64,000 nucleotides of DNA from a bacterium (GCA_029564595.1 JAKQPS010000037.1:72731-136730); one strand, 5' to 3'; shown: positions 9,991 through 20,379, numbered from the stretch's first letter. The notes: generated by a model not told the origin, from the letters alone. Program-made: numbers and translations.

Positions 9991-10064
9991 GCGAGTCCCC
10001 CATAGCCAAGAAAGATCGCGTCAAACAATGTGTTCAACCGCTGTGTGAAGTCATTCGGGTTCAA

Positions 10065-10097
10065 CCCGGATTCGTCGATAGAGCCAACGAACCGGGG
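10065..10097. repeat. Short hairpin repeat, family 3, copy 1
   Basis: CCCGGATTCGTCGATAGAGCCAACGAACCGGGG matches the reverse complement of 57830..57866. Confidence 0.65.
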
Positions 10098-10181
10098 CGA
10101 TTTATATTGCGGCGCAATGCGACGCCGCGCGCGGGGCAATAGCCACCGGCGGATGAAAATGCGCGAGTTGTTCTGAAGAGG

Positions 10182-10601
10182 TCAGACCTGTCGCTGGTCT
10201 TCTTCGAACTGCATGGTTGAAATCTGGCGCTGCCGCAGAACGGATTTAAGGCAGTCCTTGACTTCGTCGAGGTCGCATGGTTTTCCGATATAGCGCTGGG
10301 CTCCCGCCACGTAGCTCGAAAGCTTGTCGGTCAGGCCGGACTTGCAGGACAGCATCACCACCACGCTTTTCCGCGTGCGGATGTCCTTTTTGATGTCGCG
10401 GCAGATGTCGAAACCGTTGCGGTTGGGCATCATGATGTCAAGAAGCACGATGTCCGGGTTTTCAGCCAAGGTTTTGTCGAAGACCTCTCCCCCGTCCGAT
10501 GCCTCCACCACATGGAACCCCTGTTCGCTTAGAAAATCCTTCAGCAGAATTCTAAAATCGTCGTCATCGTCGGCAATAAGAATCTTGTTTGCGGGTTGCA
10601 T
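10182..10601 (-). CDS. Single-domain response regulator
   Basis: ILIADDD, LLDIMMP (phospho-Asp), MLS, YIGKP. Confidence 0.9.
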   Translation of the reverse strand: MQPANKILIADDDDDFRILLKDFLSEQGFHVVEASDGGEVFDKTLAENPDIVLLDIMMPNRNGFDICRDIKKDIRTRKSVVVMLSCKSGLTDKLSSYVAGAQRYIGKPCDLDEVKDCLKSVLRQRQISTMQFEEDQRQV

Positions 10602-10625
10602 AATTACCTCCCCGTGCCGGACGCG

Positions 10626-10943
10626 CTAGAACCGGATGGCCGCAGGCGAGGGCGGAGCCTCGGGGTCCTGCTCCGGTATCGGCACGACCAGAAATTCGGA
10701 CTTCTTTCTGTCGTCCAGAGGAACCATCACGAAATCCATGGACAGGCCCATAGAAGAGGCGAACTCGCTGGGCGCGTTCCTGACGTACAGCACGCCGCCC
10801 ACGTCGTCCCGCGCGTTGTCGACCACTGATATGTCAAGGTCGGGAAACGACGCCCGGATGACGCGCTTGATTGGTTCGAGCCTGAAGTCCATCTTCATTC
10901 CGTCTTCGGTTCCTTTAGGCGTATCGCTGGTTTTGTTTCTCAT
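10626..10943 (-). CDS. Hypothetical protein (start uncertain)
   Basis: ORF filling the gap between two co-oriented response regulators. Confidence 0.5.
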   Translation of the reverse strand: MRNKTSDTPKGTEDGMKMDFRLEPIKRVIRASFPDLDISVVDNARDDVGGVLYVRNAPSEFASSMGLSMDFVMVPLDDRKKSEFLVVPIPEQDPEAPPSPAAIRF

Positions 10944-10974
10944 GGCGCCACCCGCTCCGGCCGTCCGGCCGCGC

Positions 10975-11559
10975 TCATCCTTCCGCAAGTTCTTTTGCCA
11001 CGTCCGCCAAAGGCCTGTTCGATTCTCTGCATCTCTTTCTTATTTCCTCCATCGCCCTTTCCCGCGTGATTCCCTTTGTGTCCATCAGCCTGCCCGCCGC
11101 GCTGTTGATCGCGCTTTCGTTCTCCACCGACTCCCGCATGCTCTCCATCATCGCTTTCAGCGCGGACATCTCCCTGAAGTGGTTCAGCGTCATCACTATC
11201 GACGGAACCATCTTCTCAATGCTGGAGGTCTTGACGAGGTAGGTAAACACCCCGGTGTCCCGCGCTCCGGGCGCGTACTCCGGATGCGCCGACAGAAACA
11301 TCACCGGACGAGGCTCTGTCCTGTTGATGATTCTGGCGACTTCTATCCCGTCCATCCCCTCCATCCTGATGTCCAGCATCACAAGTCCGGGGTCGCGCTC
11401 CTTTATCATGTCAAGCGCGTCCGGCCCGTTGTGCGCCACTCCGACAACCTTCATCCCGATGTGTTCGAGCTGATTGCGCATCATCTCGGTGAAATCCACA
11501 TCGTCGTCCACAACGAGCACAGTAGTGCCCTGAATCTCGCTTATCACTTGTTTGTTCAT
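10975..11559 (-). CDS. ANTAR-domain response regulator (RNA antiterminator, AmiR/NasT/PdtaR-like)
   Basis: REC domain (VVDDD, LDIRM), coiled coil, C-terminal AAGRLMDTKGITRERAMEEIRK...LADVA. Confidence 0.85.
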   Translation of the reverse strand: MNKQVISEIQGTTVLVVDDDVDFTEMMRNQLEHIGMKVVGVAHNGPDALDMIKERDPGLVMLDIRMEGMDGIEVARIINRTEPRPVMFLSAHPEYAPGARDTGVFTYLVKTSSIEKMVPSIVMTLNHFREMSALKAMMESMRESVENESAINSAAGRLMDTKGITRERAMEEIRKRCRESNRPLADVAKELAEG

Positions 11560-11788
11560 TGCTTTCCGGCCTTAGAGGCAACAAAAAAAGAGCAGTTTCT
11601 CCCTCTCCGTATGTCAGCCCCTGTGGTTAAGTCTTTATTTGTCAATGAAACGGCAGAAAACTCGCCGATTCTAAATAGATTCTATGCTTCCGAAAAAACC
11701 CGCGCAAGGAAATATTTAAATGTTGTTAAGTGGTTTTTAACTTTGTGAAATTTTTAACAAGCCCTCTGGAGCGGCCCGCCGCGACCCG

Positions 11789-13267
11789 TCACGGAACCCG
11801 CTTGCGCGACAGGAAAAACCAAATATTGTACATAAAGAAAGGGTCTTTTATCTTTATCGCGTTGACGAACAGCAGAATGTTATGCGCGGCGAACGATGCC
11901 GGGACTAGCCGCCGCAGCGGGCTGTCGAGAAACCGCGCCGCCATCCGCTTGGGCAGTATGGAGGCGAGAGCCATGACGGCGGGCATCCTCTTCATTGCCG
12001 GTGTCAAGCCGCCCGCGCCGCCCCCGCTGTATCTGTGTCCCGCGCCGCCGGATTCTATCCTTTCTCTGTCCTTTTCCGTTATCGCGCCCGTTTCGAGCGC
12101 CGTCTTCATGATTCGCGTGCCCGGATAGTATGTCAGCCAGAACGTGAGAAGCCTGTCCGGTCTCATTTCATTATAGAACCGGGCGGCGTCCATCAGCTTT
12201 TCCTCCGTGTCTCCGGGGATGCCCGCTATGTGGTCTACCGACACCGTTATGCCTCGCTCCTTGAGCAGGGCCACCGCGCGCCTCGCTTGGTCGTTGGTGT
12301 ATTTTCTGTTGAGGATTTCTCTTCTCTGCGCTTCGTCCGCGGACTGCACGCCGATGGTGACGAACGAGCAACCGCCTTCTTTTATCAGGTCGGCGGTCCC
12401 AGCGTCGAGCGCGGCGGGATGCGTGTAGCAGAAGTACGGCAGCGCGACGTCCCGACGGTATCCCTCGGTGAACCGTTCCAGCCACTTGCGGTTGAGCGTA
12501 AACACGTCGTCCCTGAAGACGACCATGCGGAGTCGCCAGCGCGCTTTCGCCTCGCGCAACTCTTGCAGGGTGTTTTCCGGAGACCTTCGGCGCACGGGGT
12601 TGGAGCCGGGCGCGCAGTGCGCCTCTAGGCTTTTGTAACAGTACGAACAGTTGTACGGGCATCCCCTCGCGGACATTATCATGTAGTGGCTCTGGAGCGA
12701 GGGAACGCGCTCGTAGAACAAGTCCTTCGCGGGGAATGGCAGGGAATCCAAATCGGAGACAAGGCGCGGCGGGCCGCCGGTCGCAATCCCGCCGCCCGGA
12801 AGTTTTTCCCACACGCCCGGCGGAGGGTCGCCGACGGCTCGCGGGCCTTCCCCGGCCCGCTCCAACATCATCGCAAACGTAGAGTCCGCCTCGCCGACCG
12901 CTATCGCGTCCGCCACAGGCTCGGAGGCAGCCCTCTCCGGAACAGCCGTCGGGTGCGGCCCGCCCAGAAATATCTTCGTCGAAGGCGAGGCCGCCTTCAC
13001 GTCGCCCGCCGCCGCCAGCGCCCAAGCGTAGTTTCCGGACAGACATGAAAAGGCCGCGACATCAGGCTTTTCCGACGCCGCGCGCGCGGCGATTCTTGCT
13101 CTCAAGTCCAACCGCCGGGCCAGCGCCGGGATATCCCACATGAGCTGCCCGCCGAACACCGCCGGGTCGAACGCCAGAGAAACCTCGTGGCCGGCGGCCC
13201 TCGCCTCTGCCGCCAGATATTCAACGCCGAGGTTCTCGGCTCCCATGCACACGAACATCGCTTTCAT
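11789..13267 (-). CDS. B12-binding-domain radical SAM protein
   Basis: LGVEYLAA, GGPHPT, VGEAD, RGCPYNCSYC (CxxxCxxC), DDVF. Confidence 0.9.
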   Translation of the reverse strand: MKAMFVCMGAENLGVEYLAAEARAAGHEVSLAFDPAVFGGQLMWDIPALARRLDLRARIAARAASEKPDVAAFSCLSGNYAWALAAAGDVKAASPSTKIFLGGPHPTAVPERAASEPVADAIAVGEADSTFAMMLERAGEGPRAVGDPPPGVWEKLPGGGIATGGPPRLVSDLDSLPFPAKDLFYERVPSLQSHYMIMSARGCPYNCSYCYKSLEAHCAPGSNPVRRRSPENTLQELREAKARWRLRMVVFRDDVFTLNRKWLERFTEGYRRDVALPYFCYTHPAALDAGTADLIKEGGCSFVTIGVQSADEAQRREILNRKYTNDQARRAVALLKERGITVSVDHIAGIPGDTEEKLMDAARFYNEMRPDRLLTFWLTYYPGTRIMKTALETGAITEKDRERIESGGAGHRYSGGGAGGLTPAMKRMPAVMALASILPKRMAARFLDSPLRRLVPASFAAHNILLFVNAIKIKDPFFMYNIWFFLSRKRVP

Positions 13268-13274
13268 GCCGCCT

Positions 13275-13283
13275 ATTATAACA
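13275..13283 (-). promoter_or_regulatory. Extended -10 promoter (TGnTATAAT) 7 nt before ATG, probable leaderless transcript
   Basis: Minus strand reads TGTTATAAT-AGGCGGC-ATG. Confidence 0.55.
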
Positions 13284-13384
13284 GCAGCGGACGGCAACTT
13301 CGCACTGTGAACAAATGTTTGAGGAAAGGTTGTTTATTGCGACCGCGATTGGTGTAAAATTTTCGGCGAAAGCCGATAAGAGGA

Positions 13385-14197
13385 ATGATGAAAAAAGAAC
13401 CCGCATATGAAAGAATGCATGAAAACGTATATCGAGTCGCTGATTCGGAGCTGACGCATCATTACGACAGTTCGGCGTATCTGGTGATGGGCGACGCTCC
13501 TGCGCTTGTCGACTGCGGCAGCGGCAAGGCGCACAATAAGCTGCTCGGCGTCCTCGCCTCGCTCGGCGCAAGACCGGATAACATCGCCGTCGTGCTCGGC
13601 ACGCACTGCCACTACGACCATATCGCCGGAATCGAACGACTCCGCAAGGAGAATCCCGCTCTGCCGCTCGCGCTGCATGAGGCTGATGCGGCTCCTGTTG
13701 AAACAGCCGACAGCGAACGCACCTGCGCGGGCTGGTTTTTCGGCGAGAGGATTTCTCCGCAGCGCGTCGATATCCTGATGTCCTCGCGGCAAAGTCTCGA
13801 CATAGCCGGCTTGACCTTCGAATGCATTCATACCCCCGGCCATACTCCCGGCTCAGTCTGTGTCCGGGTCGAGGTCTCGGGCAAAACCATCCTTTTCACT
13901 GGCGACTGCCTTGTGCCCGGCAGTTCTCGCATAATGAGCGACTACGACGATTGGCGCGGCTCTCTAGAAACGCTCGCGGACATCGACTTCGACATTTTGT
14001 TGCCCGGCCATAAGCGCCTGTGGATGGGAGACCCTTTCCTCGCATGTCTTATGCAGCCGTTTTCGAAACCCTTGGGCCGGAAAGCGTTCAAGCTGCTGCA
14101 AAAAAACCTGCGCCGCGGACACTGGCGCAACGCGTCTGCCGTTTACAGCCACATCATGCCCTTGGCCGCTAGACTCGGAGGCGCTCTCAGCCGATGA
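13385..14197 (+). CDS. MBL-fold metallo-hydrolase
   Basis: THCHYDH, TPGHTPG, FTGD, PGH. Confidence 0.9.
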   Translation: MMKKEPAYERMHENVYRVADSELTHHYDSSAYLVMGDAPALVDCGSGKAHNKLLGVLASLGARPDNIAVVLGTHCHYDHIAGIERLRKENPALPLALHEADAAPVETADSERTCAGWFFGERISPQRVDILMSSRQSLDIAGLTFECIHTPGHTPGSVCVRVEVSGKTILFTGDCLVPGSSRIMSDYDDWRGSLETLADIDFDILLPGHKRLWMGDPFLACLMQPFSKPLGRKAFKLLQKNLRRGHWRNASAVYSHIMPLAARLGGALSR

Positions 14198-14201
14198 AAG
14201 C

Positions 14202-14474
14202 GCCTCCGGCGGCCAAAGAGAAACTTTTGAAAAAGTTTCTCTTTGGATTCTCTTCAAAACGTTTCACTGGCCGTCGGGAAAAGACGCTCAAAACGCGTCT
14301 TTTCCCGACGGCCCATGCAAATCATTTATGAATAAGATTCCACTAAAAATCCTTTCCCGATATCTTTTCACATGATACGCGCCGATGGGAAGAGCGAAGC
14401 CATTCCATCGGCGCTAGCATGAAATGTTTTGAAAGGGATTTTAAGGGAAAACTTTTTCAAAAGTTTTCCCTTAA
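14202..14474 (-). repeat. Structured palindromic intergenic repeat, family 1, copy B
   Basis: Reverse complement aligns end-to-end with 22197..22470, including the GGCCGCCGGAGGC tail. Confidence 0.9.
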
Positions 14475-14482
14475 GCATTGCG

Positions 14483-15301
14483 TTATTCTGCGGCTGAGAA
14501 CACCAGAAATTCTTCCTGAAACGAGAGCGCGCCTTTGCTGTTCATCGATTTTATAAGATATGAATTTCTTCCGGGTTTTCTGTTTTTGACGTTTTTTGTG
14601 AAACCGCATTCCTTCTTGTCTTCGCACCTCTCCACATCGTAGAAAGAACCGTTTTCAAGTATCTGGATGAAGTTCACGCCCGAGTCGTCGCGCGCGAATA
14701 TTGAAATGGTGTAGTCGTTGGAGCCGTTCTTTTTGATGGTCGCTGACATGTCCGGACCTTTGACGGCGGAGGAAAGCTCCCCGGAAATAGCCGGGGGCTG
14801 TTTTTCGTCGGATTTTGCGGCTTCAGGGGCGTTACCGCTCTCATGCTCTCCATCGGCCATGATAGCGGGCGCAAAGCCTTCCATCATCGGCATTGAGGTT
14901 ATCATGTAAACTTTGGGGTCGCTGTTTTCGACGTTGAGGCGGACGCGCTCGCGCTGCTCGCGCCCGGATTTATCGCTTGCAACGGCGGTGATGACGCCGC
15001 TCGACAGAGAGGCCAAGCTCGCGATGCCTGTCATCCTGCACATCTCAGAGCCGTAACATTCCTTTGCGGCGACGATGGAACTGCCGGAGAGAAGTTCGAG
15101 CCTGCGCATGCCCTGAGAGGCTGACGCGGCAAGCGAAAACCGCATTCCTCCGCCGTCGCACAGTATGACAAGGTTCTTAATAATCGATGAATCATCTATG
15201 AAAACAGACGCTCCCGGCGCTTCGGCGGTCTCCGCCGACGCGAGGGACGCCGCCGAAAAAAAAGCAACCGCCAACGCAATCAATAGTCTCTTAATTTTCA
15301 T
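14483..15301 (-). CDS. Secreted hypothetical protein (two similar Ig-like modules with Cys pairs)
   Basis: Signal peptide (…ASLASA-E); C-x5-C motifs in both halves; upstream TTGACT-17-TATTAT promoter. Confidence 0.65.
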   Translation of the reverse strand: MKIKRLLIALAVAFFSAASLASAETAEAPGASVFIDDSSIIKNLVILCDGGGMRFSLAASASQGMRRLELLSGSSIVAAKECYGSEMCRMTGIASLASLSSGVITAVASDKSGREQRERVRLNVENSDPKVYMITSMPMMEGFAPAIMADGEHESGNAPEAAKSDEKQPPAISGELSSAVKGPDMSATIKKNGSNDYTISIFARDDSGVNFIQILENGSFYDVERCEDKKECGFTKNVKNRKPGRNSYLIKSMNSKGALSFQEEFLVFSAAE

Positions 15302-15542
15302 GAGAAAAAATAATATACGTACTTTCCATAAAAGTCAAAACGCTCAGCCCGCTTTTTTCGCTTTCCCCATCTTCGCTTTCAGCCAATGCAGATGAAAAAG
15401 GCGCATAGATGGGTTTTTCATGCGAAAAAGGCGGGCTGGCGAACCGTCGAAGCCGGGCGCGGCGGCATCTTCTTTACTTTTCATTTTCGCTCTTATATGA
15501 TTGCTATGGCAGTGAATTCCGCGCGAAAGGCGGGTTCTTTAC

Positions 15543-16469
15543 ATGACTTCCTCGCAAGAAAGAAAACATGTCGTGAGCGTAAGCATCGGCTCCTCTAAAA
15601 GAGACCACAGCGTCGAGACGGACGTGATGGGAGTTCCTTTCTTGATCGAGCGCGTCGGCACGGACGGCGACATGGAAAAAGCCAAACAGATGATCCGCGA
15701 CTATGACGGCAAAGTGGACGCCATCGGGCTGGGCGGCATCGACCTATACCTGATTATCGGCAAGAAACGATACACTCTGAAAGACGGCAAGAAACTGGCC
15801 GACTGCGCCAAAATCTCTCCGACTTACGACGGCAGCATGTTGAAACACACCATCGAGCGCGGTTTTATCATGCAGTTGGCGAAGGAAGGAAAATATCTCC
15901 GCAAAGGCTCAAAGGTTCTCGTCATCAGCTCGGCGGACAGGTTCGGCATGGCCGAGGCTCTCTTCAATTCCGGATGCGACGTCGTTCTAGGCGACCTGAT
16001 GTTCACGCTGAATCTGCCCATTCCGCTGAGGACGCTGCCGGCGCTCAAGATAGTCGCCTCCATACTTGTTCCCATAGTGTCGAACGTCCCGTTTGAGATG
16101 CTGTATCCGACGGGGAAAAAACAGGAAAAGAGGACGCCCAAGTTCGAGGACTACTTCCAGCGCGCCGAAGTCATAGCCGGGGATTTCAACTACATAAACA
16201 GATACATGCCCGACGACATGGCGGGCAAGACGATAATCACCAACACGGTTACGGCCTCGGACGTCGAGGAGATGAAGAAGATGGGGGTCGCCACGCTGAT
16301 AACCACCACGCCGGACTTCGGCGGACGCTCCTTCGGCACAAACGTCATGGAAGGCGTTTACTCGACCATACTCGGCAGAAACAGAAAGACCCCGCTGACC
16401 ATTCAGGACCTCGACGAGATGTTGAAGAAGAGCGACCTGAAACCCCGGATACTGCCGCTGAACGAATGA
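15543..16469 (+). CDS. 'Quinate 5-dehydrogenase'-like conserved protein (function unproven)
   Basis: VVSVSIGSSKRD, RVGTDGD, DAIGLGG, DRFGMA, LYPTG, GRSFGTNVME. Confidence 0.7.
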   Translation: MTSSQERKHVVSVSIGSSKRDHSVETDVMGVPFLIERVGTDGDMEKAKQMIRDYDGKVDAIGLGGIDLYLIIGKKRYTLKDGKKLADCAKISPTYDGSMLKHTIERGFIMQLAKEGKYLRKGSKVLVISSADRFGMAEALFNSGCDVVLGDLMFTLNLPIPLRTLPALKIVASILVPIVSNVPFEMLYPTGKKQEKRTPKFEDYFQRAEVIAGDFNYINRYMPDDMAGKTIITNTVTASDVEEMKKMGVATLITTTPDFGGRSFGTNVMEGVYSTILGRNRKTPLTIQDLDEMLKKSDLKPRILPLNE

Positions 16470-16587
16470 GGAGCGCCGCGGCTCGAACACCGAACACAAA
16501 TCCATCTGGCGCGCCCGCGCGCCTCTCCCCGCTTCCTGCGCGACTCCTTATGTGATAAAATTTTTCCAGCGTCGAAAGGAGATTTAC

Positions 16588-19329
16588 ATGTCCGATAAAA
16601 AAATATATCTCGTGTGCGGATTCCATGTGAACTGCAACCATTCGTGGAGAGGAGACCGCAACGACAAGACCGGTTTCGGAACCGACCTGAAGATAATCCG
16701 CGAGATAATCAGGATACTGGACGAGGCTAACGAGCGCGGGCTGGACGCGCGGGGGACTTGGGACTTCGACCACTACTGGTCGCTCGAGAACATCATCCCG
16801 CGTTTCGCGCCGGACATAATCGAAGGCCTTGTTAGAAGGATCAAGCAGGGAAAGGACGAGGCTATCCTCGGATGCTGGAACAACGGCGACCTCGCTGCGT
16901 CCACCGTCGAGGAGTTCAGGGAAAGCCTGAAACGCACAATATCCAATTCCGCCGGCTCCGGCCTCGCGGACCTCTTCGGCGCGTATTCCCCGGTCGTCCG
17001 CACTCAGGAAACGATGTTCACGCACGGCGGCGTCGAGCTATACCTCGAACAGGGGGTCAAGGCCATCGCGCTTTATTACAGCGCCGTGCCGTTCGACTCG
17101 GTGCGCAACTTCATTCCGCGCCTGACGCCGAACGAGATGCACAACCCGCTCAGGTTCCACTCGACGGAATCGGACGCGGCCATGCTGATGATACCCATGT
17201 ACAATCAGGGCGACATAATGACCGCCGGGTCGCTTCGCAAGTGGGCGGCGGCGATACGGAAAAAACAAAAAAGCGGAGAGATCCCCGGCAACGCGTTGCT
17301 GTACATCAACATGGACGCCGACGCGGAGCTGTGGACGGGCATCGGACTGCCGAAAATCTTCGACCGGCTGCCTAACACGCGCGGGCTGGCGGAATTCATC
17401 GATACGGTCAACGACACTGAATATCTGGAGTTCGGCAAGCTCGGCGACTACATCGAGAACAACCCGCCTGTCGGCGACATCACCGTGCGGCAGGACCTCG
17501 CGGACGGCTCTTACTGCGGCTTCAACAGTTGGACGGAGAAGCTGGTCAATCAGGGCCTGTGGCGGCTGTCCGAGAAAGCAAGAAAACTCGAACGGACCGC
17601 CGACTTCCTTTCAGCCGCCGCGGCCCCGGACGCGCGCGCGGAAATCGAGCGACTCCTGCGCGGCCCCGGCGGCTCCTGCTTCGAAAACAAGCTATTGCTA
17701 TTAAGCACCACGCATTTCGGAATGAACTCCCCGGTGGTCCACCCGGACAGGGCGAGGGTGGCGTTTCATCTGGCGCGGAACATGCTGGAAACATCCTCCC
17801 GCGCGGCGGAGCTTGCTGCGGCGCAGTCCGGCGTCGAGCCTCTCTGCGGGGAGGACGGCGCGGAACTGTTCTGCTTCTCCGTCGTCAACCAGACTAAGTA
17901 CGGAGATCAGGCGGCGGTGGAGCGAGGCGCGCGCGTCCTCATGCGGGTTCCGTTCATGCCCGTGCGCCCGGCGGACCCGGCCCGGCTCGCCCTCAAGGAC
18001 TCCTCCGGCGCGGACGTTCCGTTCGACATCGACGACGCGAAGACGGACGCGGATGGCAATGTCGTCTCCGCCGTCCTGTGGTTCGCGCACACGGCGGACG
18101 GCTCGCTCTCTCAGGGATACGCCCTCGTGGAAACATCCGAGCCTGTCGCGCCGGCGGAATCGGTCAAAGCCTCCTCTGAGCTTCTCGACAACGGCCTCGT
18201 GTCAGTTAGGCTCGACCCTCGCGGAAGGATCGCCTCGTTCGCTTCCTCCGCCGGAGAATTCTCCGACGGGCAACTCATCTCCCTCGGCGCAACATACAGG
18301 GCCGAATCAAACAGGAAACATTACACGCCCCGCGCGTACAAAGCGGAATCCGCCCGCGTCGGCCCGGCCGGACGCCTCGGCTCGATCTCTCTGTCCTCAA
18401 AAACAGTCATCTTCTGCAAAGGAAAAAACTACACTGTCGAAGGCAGGCACGTCCTTCGCGTGTTCGACGGTTTCCCGCGTCTGTTCGTCGACGCCGACGC
18501 ATCCTTTCCTCAAACCCCCACGGAGTCGGAAGACATAAGCTCGTCGTCGCACACCGGAAAGAAATTCGACACGAGATGGTACGAGGTCATGCCCGCCGAG
18601 ATACGGCCCGCGCTGTTCAGCCCGCCCGGCGGGTTCCTCCGCGTGTGGAAACACAACTATAAAAACGTGACGAACAGCTACGATTTCGACTACGGCGCGA
18701 TAGACAAGGCGAACCGCGCGCCGGACGCCTGCAACAATCAGGTGACGGACGGATGGCTTGCAGTGTCGGACACGAAACGAGGCCTGCTCATAAGCGCCGA
18801 CGCCGGGGTCAACTCCTCGCCCGCTTACTGCCCGATGCGCGTGCGCGAATCAGGCGGCAGGCAACGCGCGTCTCTCAACCCGTTCGGCACGTACTTCGGC
18901 AAACAGTTCTCGCATTTGAACGAGGGATTCAATCTGGCGTACGAGATGACGATGGCGGTCGGCGCGCAGCACCGCCCGACCGCGCCCTCGTTCAACGGCG
19001 GCAGAGTGCGGATGAGCCTGATGCTGGCTCCTTACGAAGGGGACGCGCCGTCTCAAGCCTTGCGAACCGAAGCAGACCTCTTCAGCATGCCGCCCGCAGT
19101 CATCGTCCGCGACTCGCAGGGCAAACCTTCTATCCCGGATTCCGATATCGAGGCCGACCTCGCGCCGTGCCGCGCCGAACACGATCTGGACGCGTGCGCC
19201 GGATGGAAATATTCTGACTTCCTCGAATACGCGAACAAGGATTTCAATCCCGGCGCAAAAGCGGAAAAAGGCGCTTCCATCGCAACTTTCGTCAGGATGA
19301 TCGTAGAAGGAATAAGGATACGCTCTTAA
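16588..19329 (+). CDS. Glycoside hydrolase, GH38/GH57-like (beta/alpha)7 N-terminus with beta-sandwich C-terminus
   Basis: FHVNCNHSW, WDFD, NGLVSVRLD...GRIAS (GH38 C-terminal-like); GGAG before ATG 16588. Confidence 0.55.
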   Translation: MSDKKIYLVCGFHVNCNHSWRGDRNDKTGFGTDLKIIREIIRILDEANERGLDARGTWDFDHYWSLENIIPRFAPDIIEGLVRRIKQGKDEAILGCWNNGDLAASTVEEFRESLKRTISNSAGSGLADLFGAYSPVVRTQETMFTHGGVELYLEQGVKAIALYYSAVPFDSVRNFIPRLTPNEMHNPLRFHSTESDAAMLMIPMYNQGDIMTAGSLRKWAAAIRKKQKSGEIPGNALLYINMDADAELWTGIGLPKIFDRLPNTRGLAEFIDTVNDTEYLEFGKLGDYIENNPPVGDITVRQDLADGSYCGFNSWTEKLVNQGLWRLSEKARKLERTADFLSAAAAPDARAEIERLLRGPGGSCFENKLLLLSTTHFGMNSPVVHPDRARVAFHLARNMLETSSRAAELAAAQSGVEPLCGEDGAELFCFSVVNQTKYGDQAAVERGARVLMRVPFMPVRPADPARLALKDSSGADVPFDIDDAKTDADGNVVSAVLWFAHTADGSLSQGYALVETSEPVAPAESVKASSELLDNGLVSVRLDPRGRIASFASSAGEFSDGQLISLGATYRAESNRKHYTPRAYKAESARVGPAGRLGSISLSSKTVIFCKGKNYTVEGRHVLRVFDGFPRLFVDADASFPQTPTESEDISSSSHTGKKFDTRWYEVMPAEIRPALFSPPGGFLRVWKHNYKNVTNSYDFDYGAIDKANRAPDACNNQVTDGWLAVSDTKRGLLISADAGVNSSPAYCPMRVRESGGRQRASLNPFGTYFGKQFSHLNEGFNLAYEMTMAVGAQHRPTAPSFNGGRVRMSLMLAPYEGDAPSQALRTEADLFSMPPAVIVRDSQGKPSIPDSDIEADLAPCRAEHDLDACAGWKYSDFLEYANKDFNPGAKAEKGASIATFVRMIVEGIRIRS

Positions 19330-19413
19330 CGCGCTCCGGCGGCGGCGTATCATGAATTCATTTCCGCTGAATCGCGGCATATTGTTAATTAGAAACAGGA
19401 AGAGGCGAAACCT

Positions 19414-19635
19414 ATGCCGTACTACGATTACTGTTGCGAGAAATGCGGGAAAGAATTCGAGATTTTCGCCGGGATAAACGATCCCCGCGACGACGTGCGC
19501 TGCGAAGCCTGCGGCGGAGTCTCGCGCAGGTTGTTCGACACTATTGTCACAGCAAAAAAGAGCGGTTCCGGAGGCCCTTCTTCAGCCTCGTCATGCTCGA
19601 CGTGTTCGACCCGGAATTGTTCGAGTTGCGGATGA
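19414..19635 (+). CDS. FmdB-family zinc-ribbon protein
   Basis: MPYYDYCCEKCG...CEACG, tail CSTCSTRNCSSC. Confidence 0.85.
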   Translation: MPYYDYCCEKCGKEFEIFAGINDPRDDVRCEACGGVSRRLFDTIVTAKKSGSGGPSSASSCSTCSTRNCSSCG

Positions 19636-19646
19636 CGGGCGCGCAA

Positions 19647-20207
19647 TCAGTCTTTCAACTGCCGCACCGCCTCCGTTATTTCTCCGAGGTTCTGAGGATA
19701 TCTGTAAAGCTGGGTTGATTTTTCAAGATCAATTTTCTCTATGTCAATAGATTCATCGGACATGAAAAAAGCCAGAACATTAATCCCGCGGGTTTTCTCG
19801 TTCCGCTCTATGGCTTCGGACACCAGAGAAGTTTTTATGCCATCGATGCCCGCGTTCCAGATCATCGCCGACGGACGGTTCTCCGGGAGCGCCAGAAGCG
19901 CGTCCACCCCGCACCCGAACTGGCAGACGTCCACCTTGCACTCCGAGCATATTTCCTCGGACATCCGCCCCCGCACTTTTTCGTCGGGGTGGACTATGAA
20001 TATCATTTTTTTCGCCGTCGCAAGCTCTTCAGGCACGGGGATGTTTCTATCGCGCAACGCTCTTACAAGCTCATCCGACTTGATTCTATAGTGGCCGCCG
20101 ATGGTGCGGAAAGACGGAATCTTTCCCTCGCGCACCCAGTTCTTCATGGTGTTCGCGTGCAAGCCGAGCAATCGCGCGACTTCCGTTGTCGTATAGAAAT
20201 CTTTCAT
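19647..20207 (-). CDS. Excisionase-like HTH (HTH_17) fused to degenerate receiver domain
   Basis: YTTTEVARLLGLHANTMKNWVREGKIPSFRTIGGHYRI followed by a REC-like fold lacking the acidic pocket. Confidence 0.8.
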   Translation of the reverse strand: MKDFYTTTEVARLLGLHANTMKNWVREGKIPSFRTIGGHYRIKSDELVRALRDRNIPVPEELATAKKMIFIVHPDEKVRGRMSEEICSECKVDVCQFGCGVDALLALPENRPSAMIWNAGIDGIKTSLVSEAIERNEKTRGINVLAFFMSDESIDIEKIDLEKSTQLYRYPQNLGEITEAVRQLKD

Positions 20208-20379
20208 GGCGGCTGTTCCCTCGTTTTTTATCGCATGTCTGTCACAGAGTAATTATGCGGACATTTTATATAACAAATAATCCATAGTAAAGTGTTTCCG
20301 CGAAAAAATTTCTCTGTCGCGCAATGGAACCGGCCGCTCCTTTGTCGCGCTTCTTCCGCCTTCCCTGCCGTCCAATCTC

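Noticed and set aside
11560-11788. ANTAR-target dual hairpin or c-di-GMP riboswitch upstream of the ANTAR gene
   Set aside because: No tandem hexaloop stems or GEMM consensus could be identified by eye
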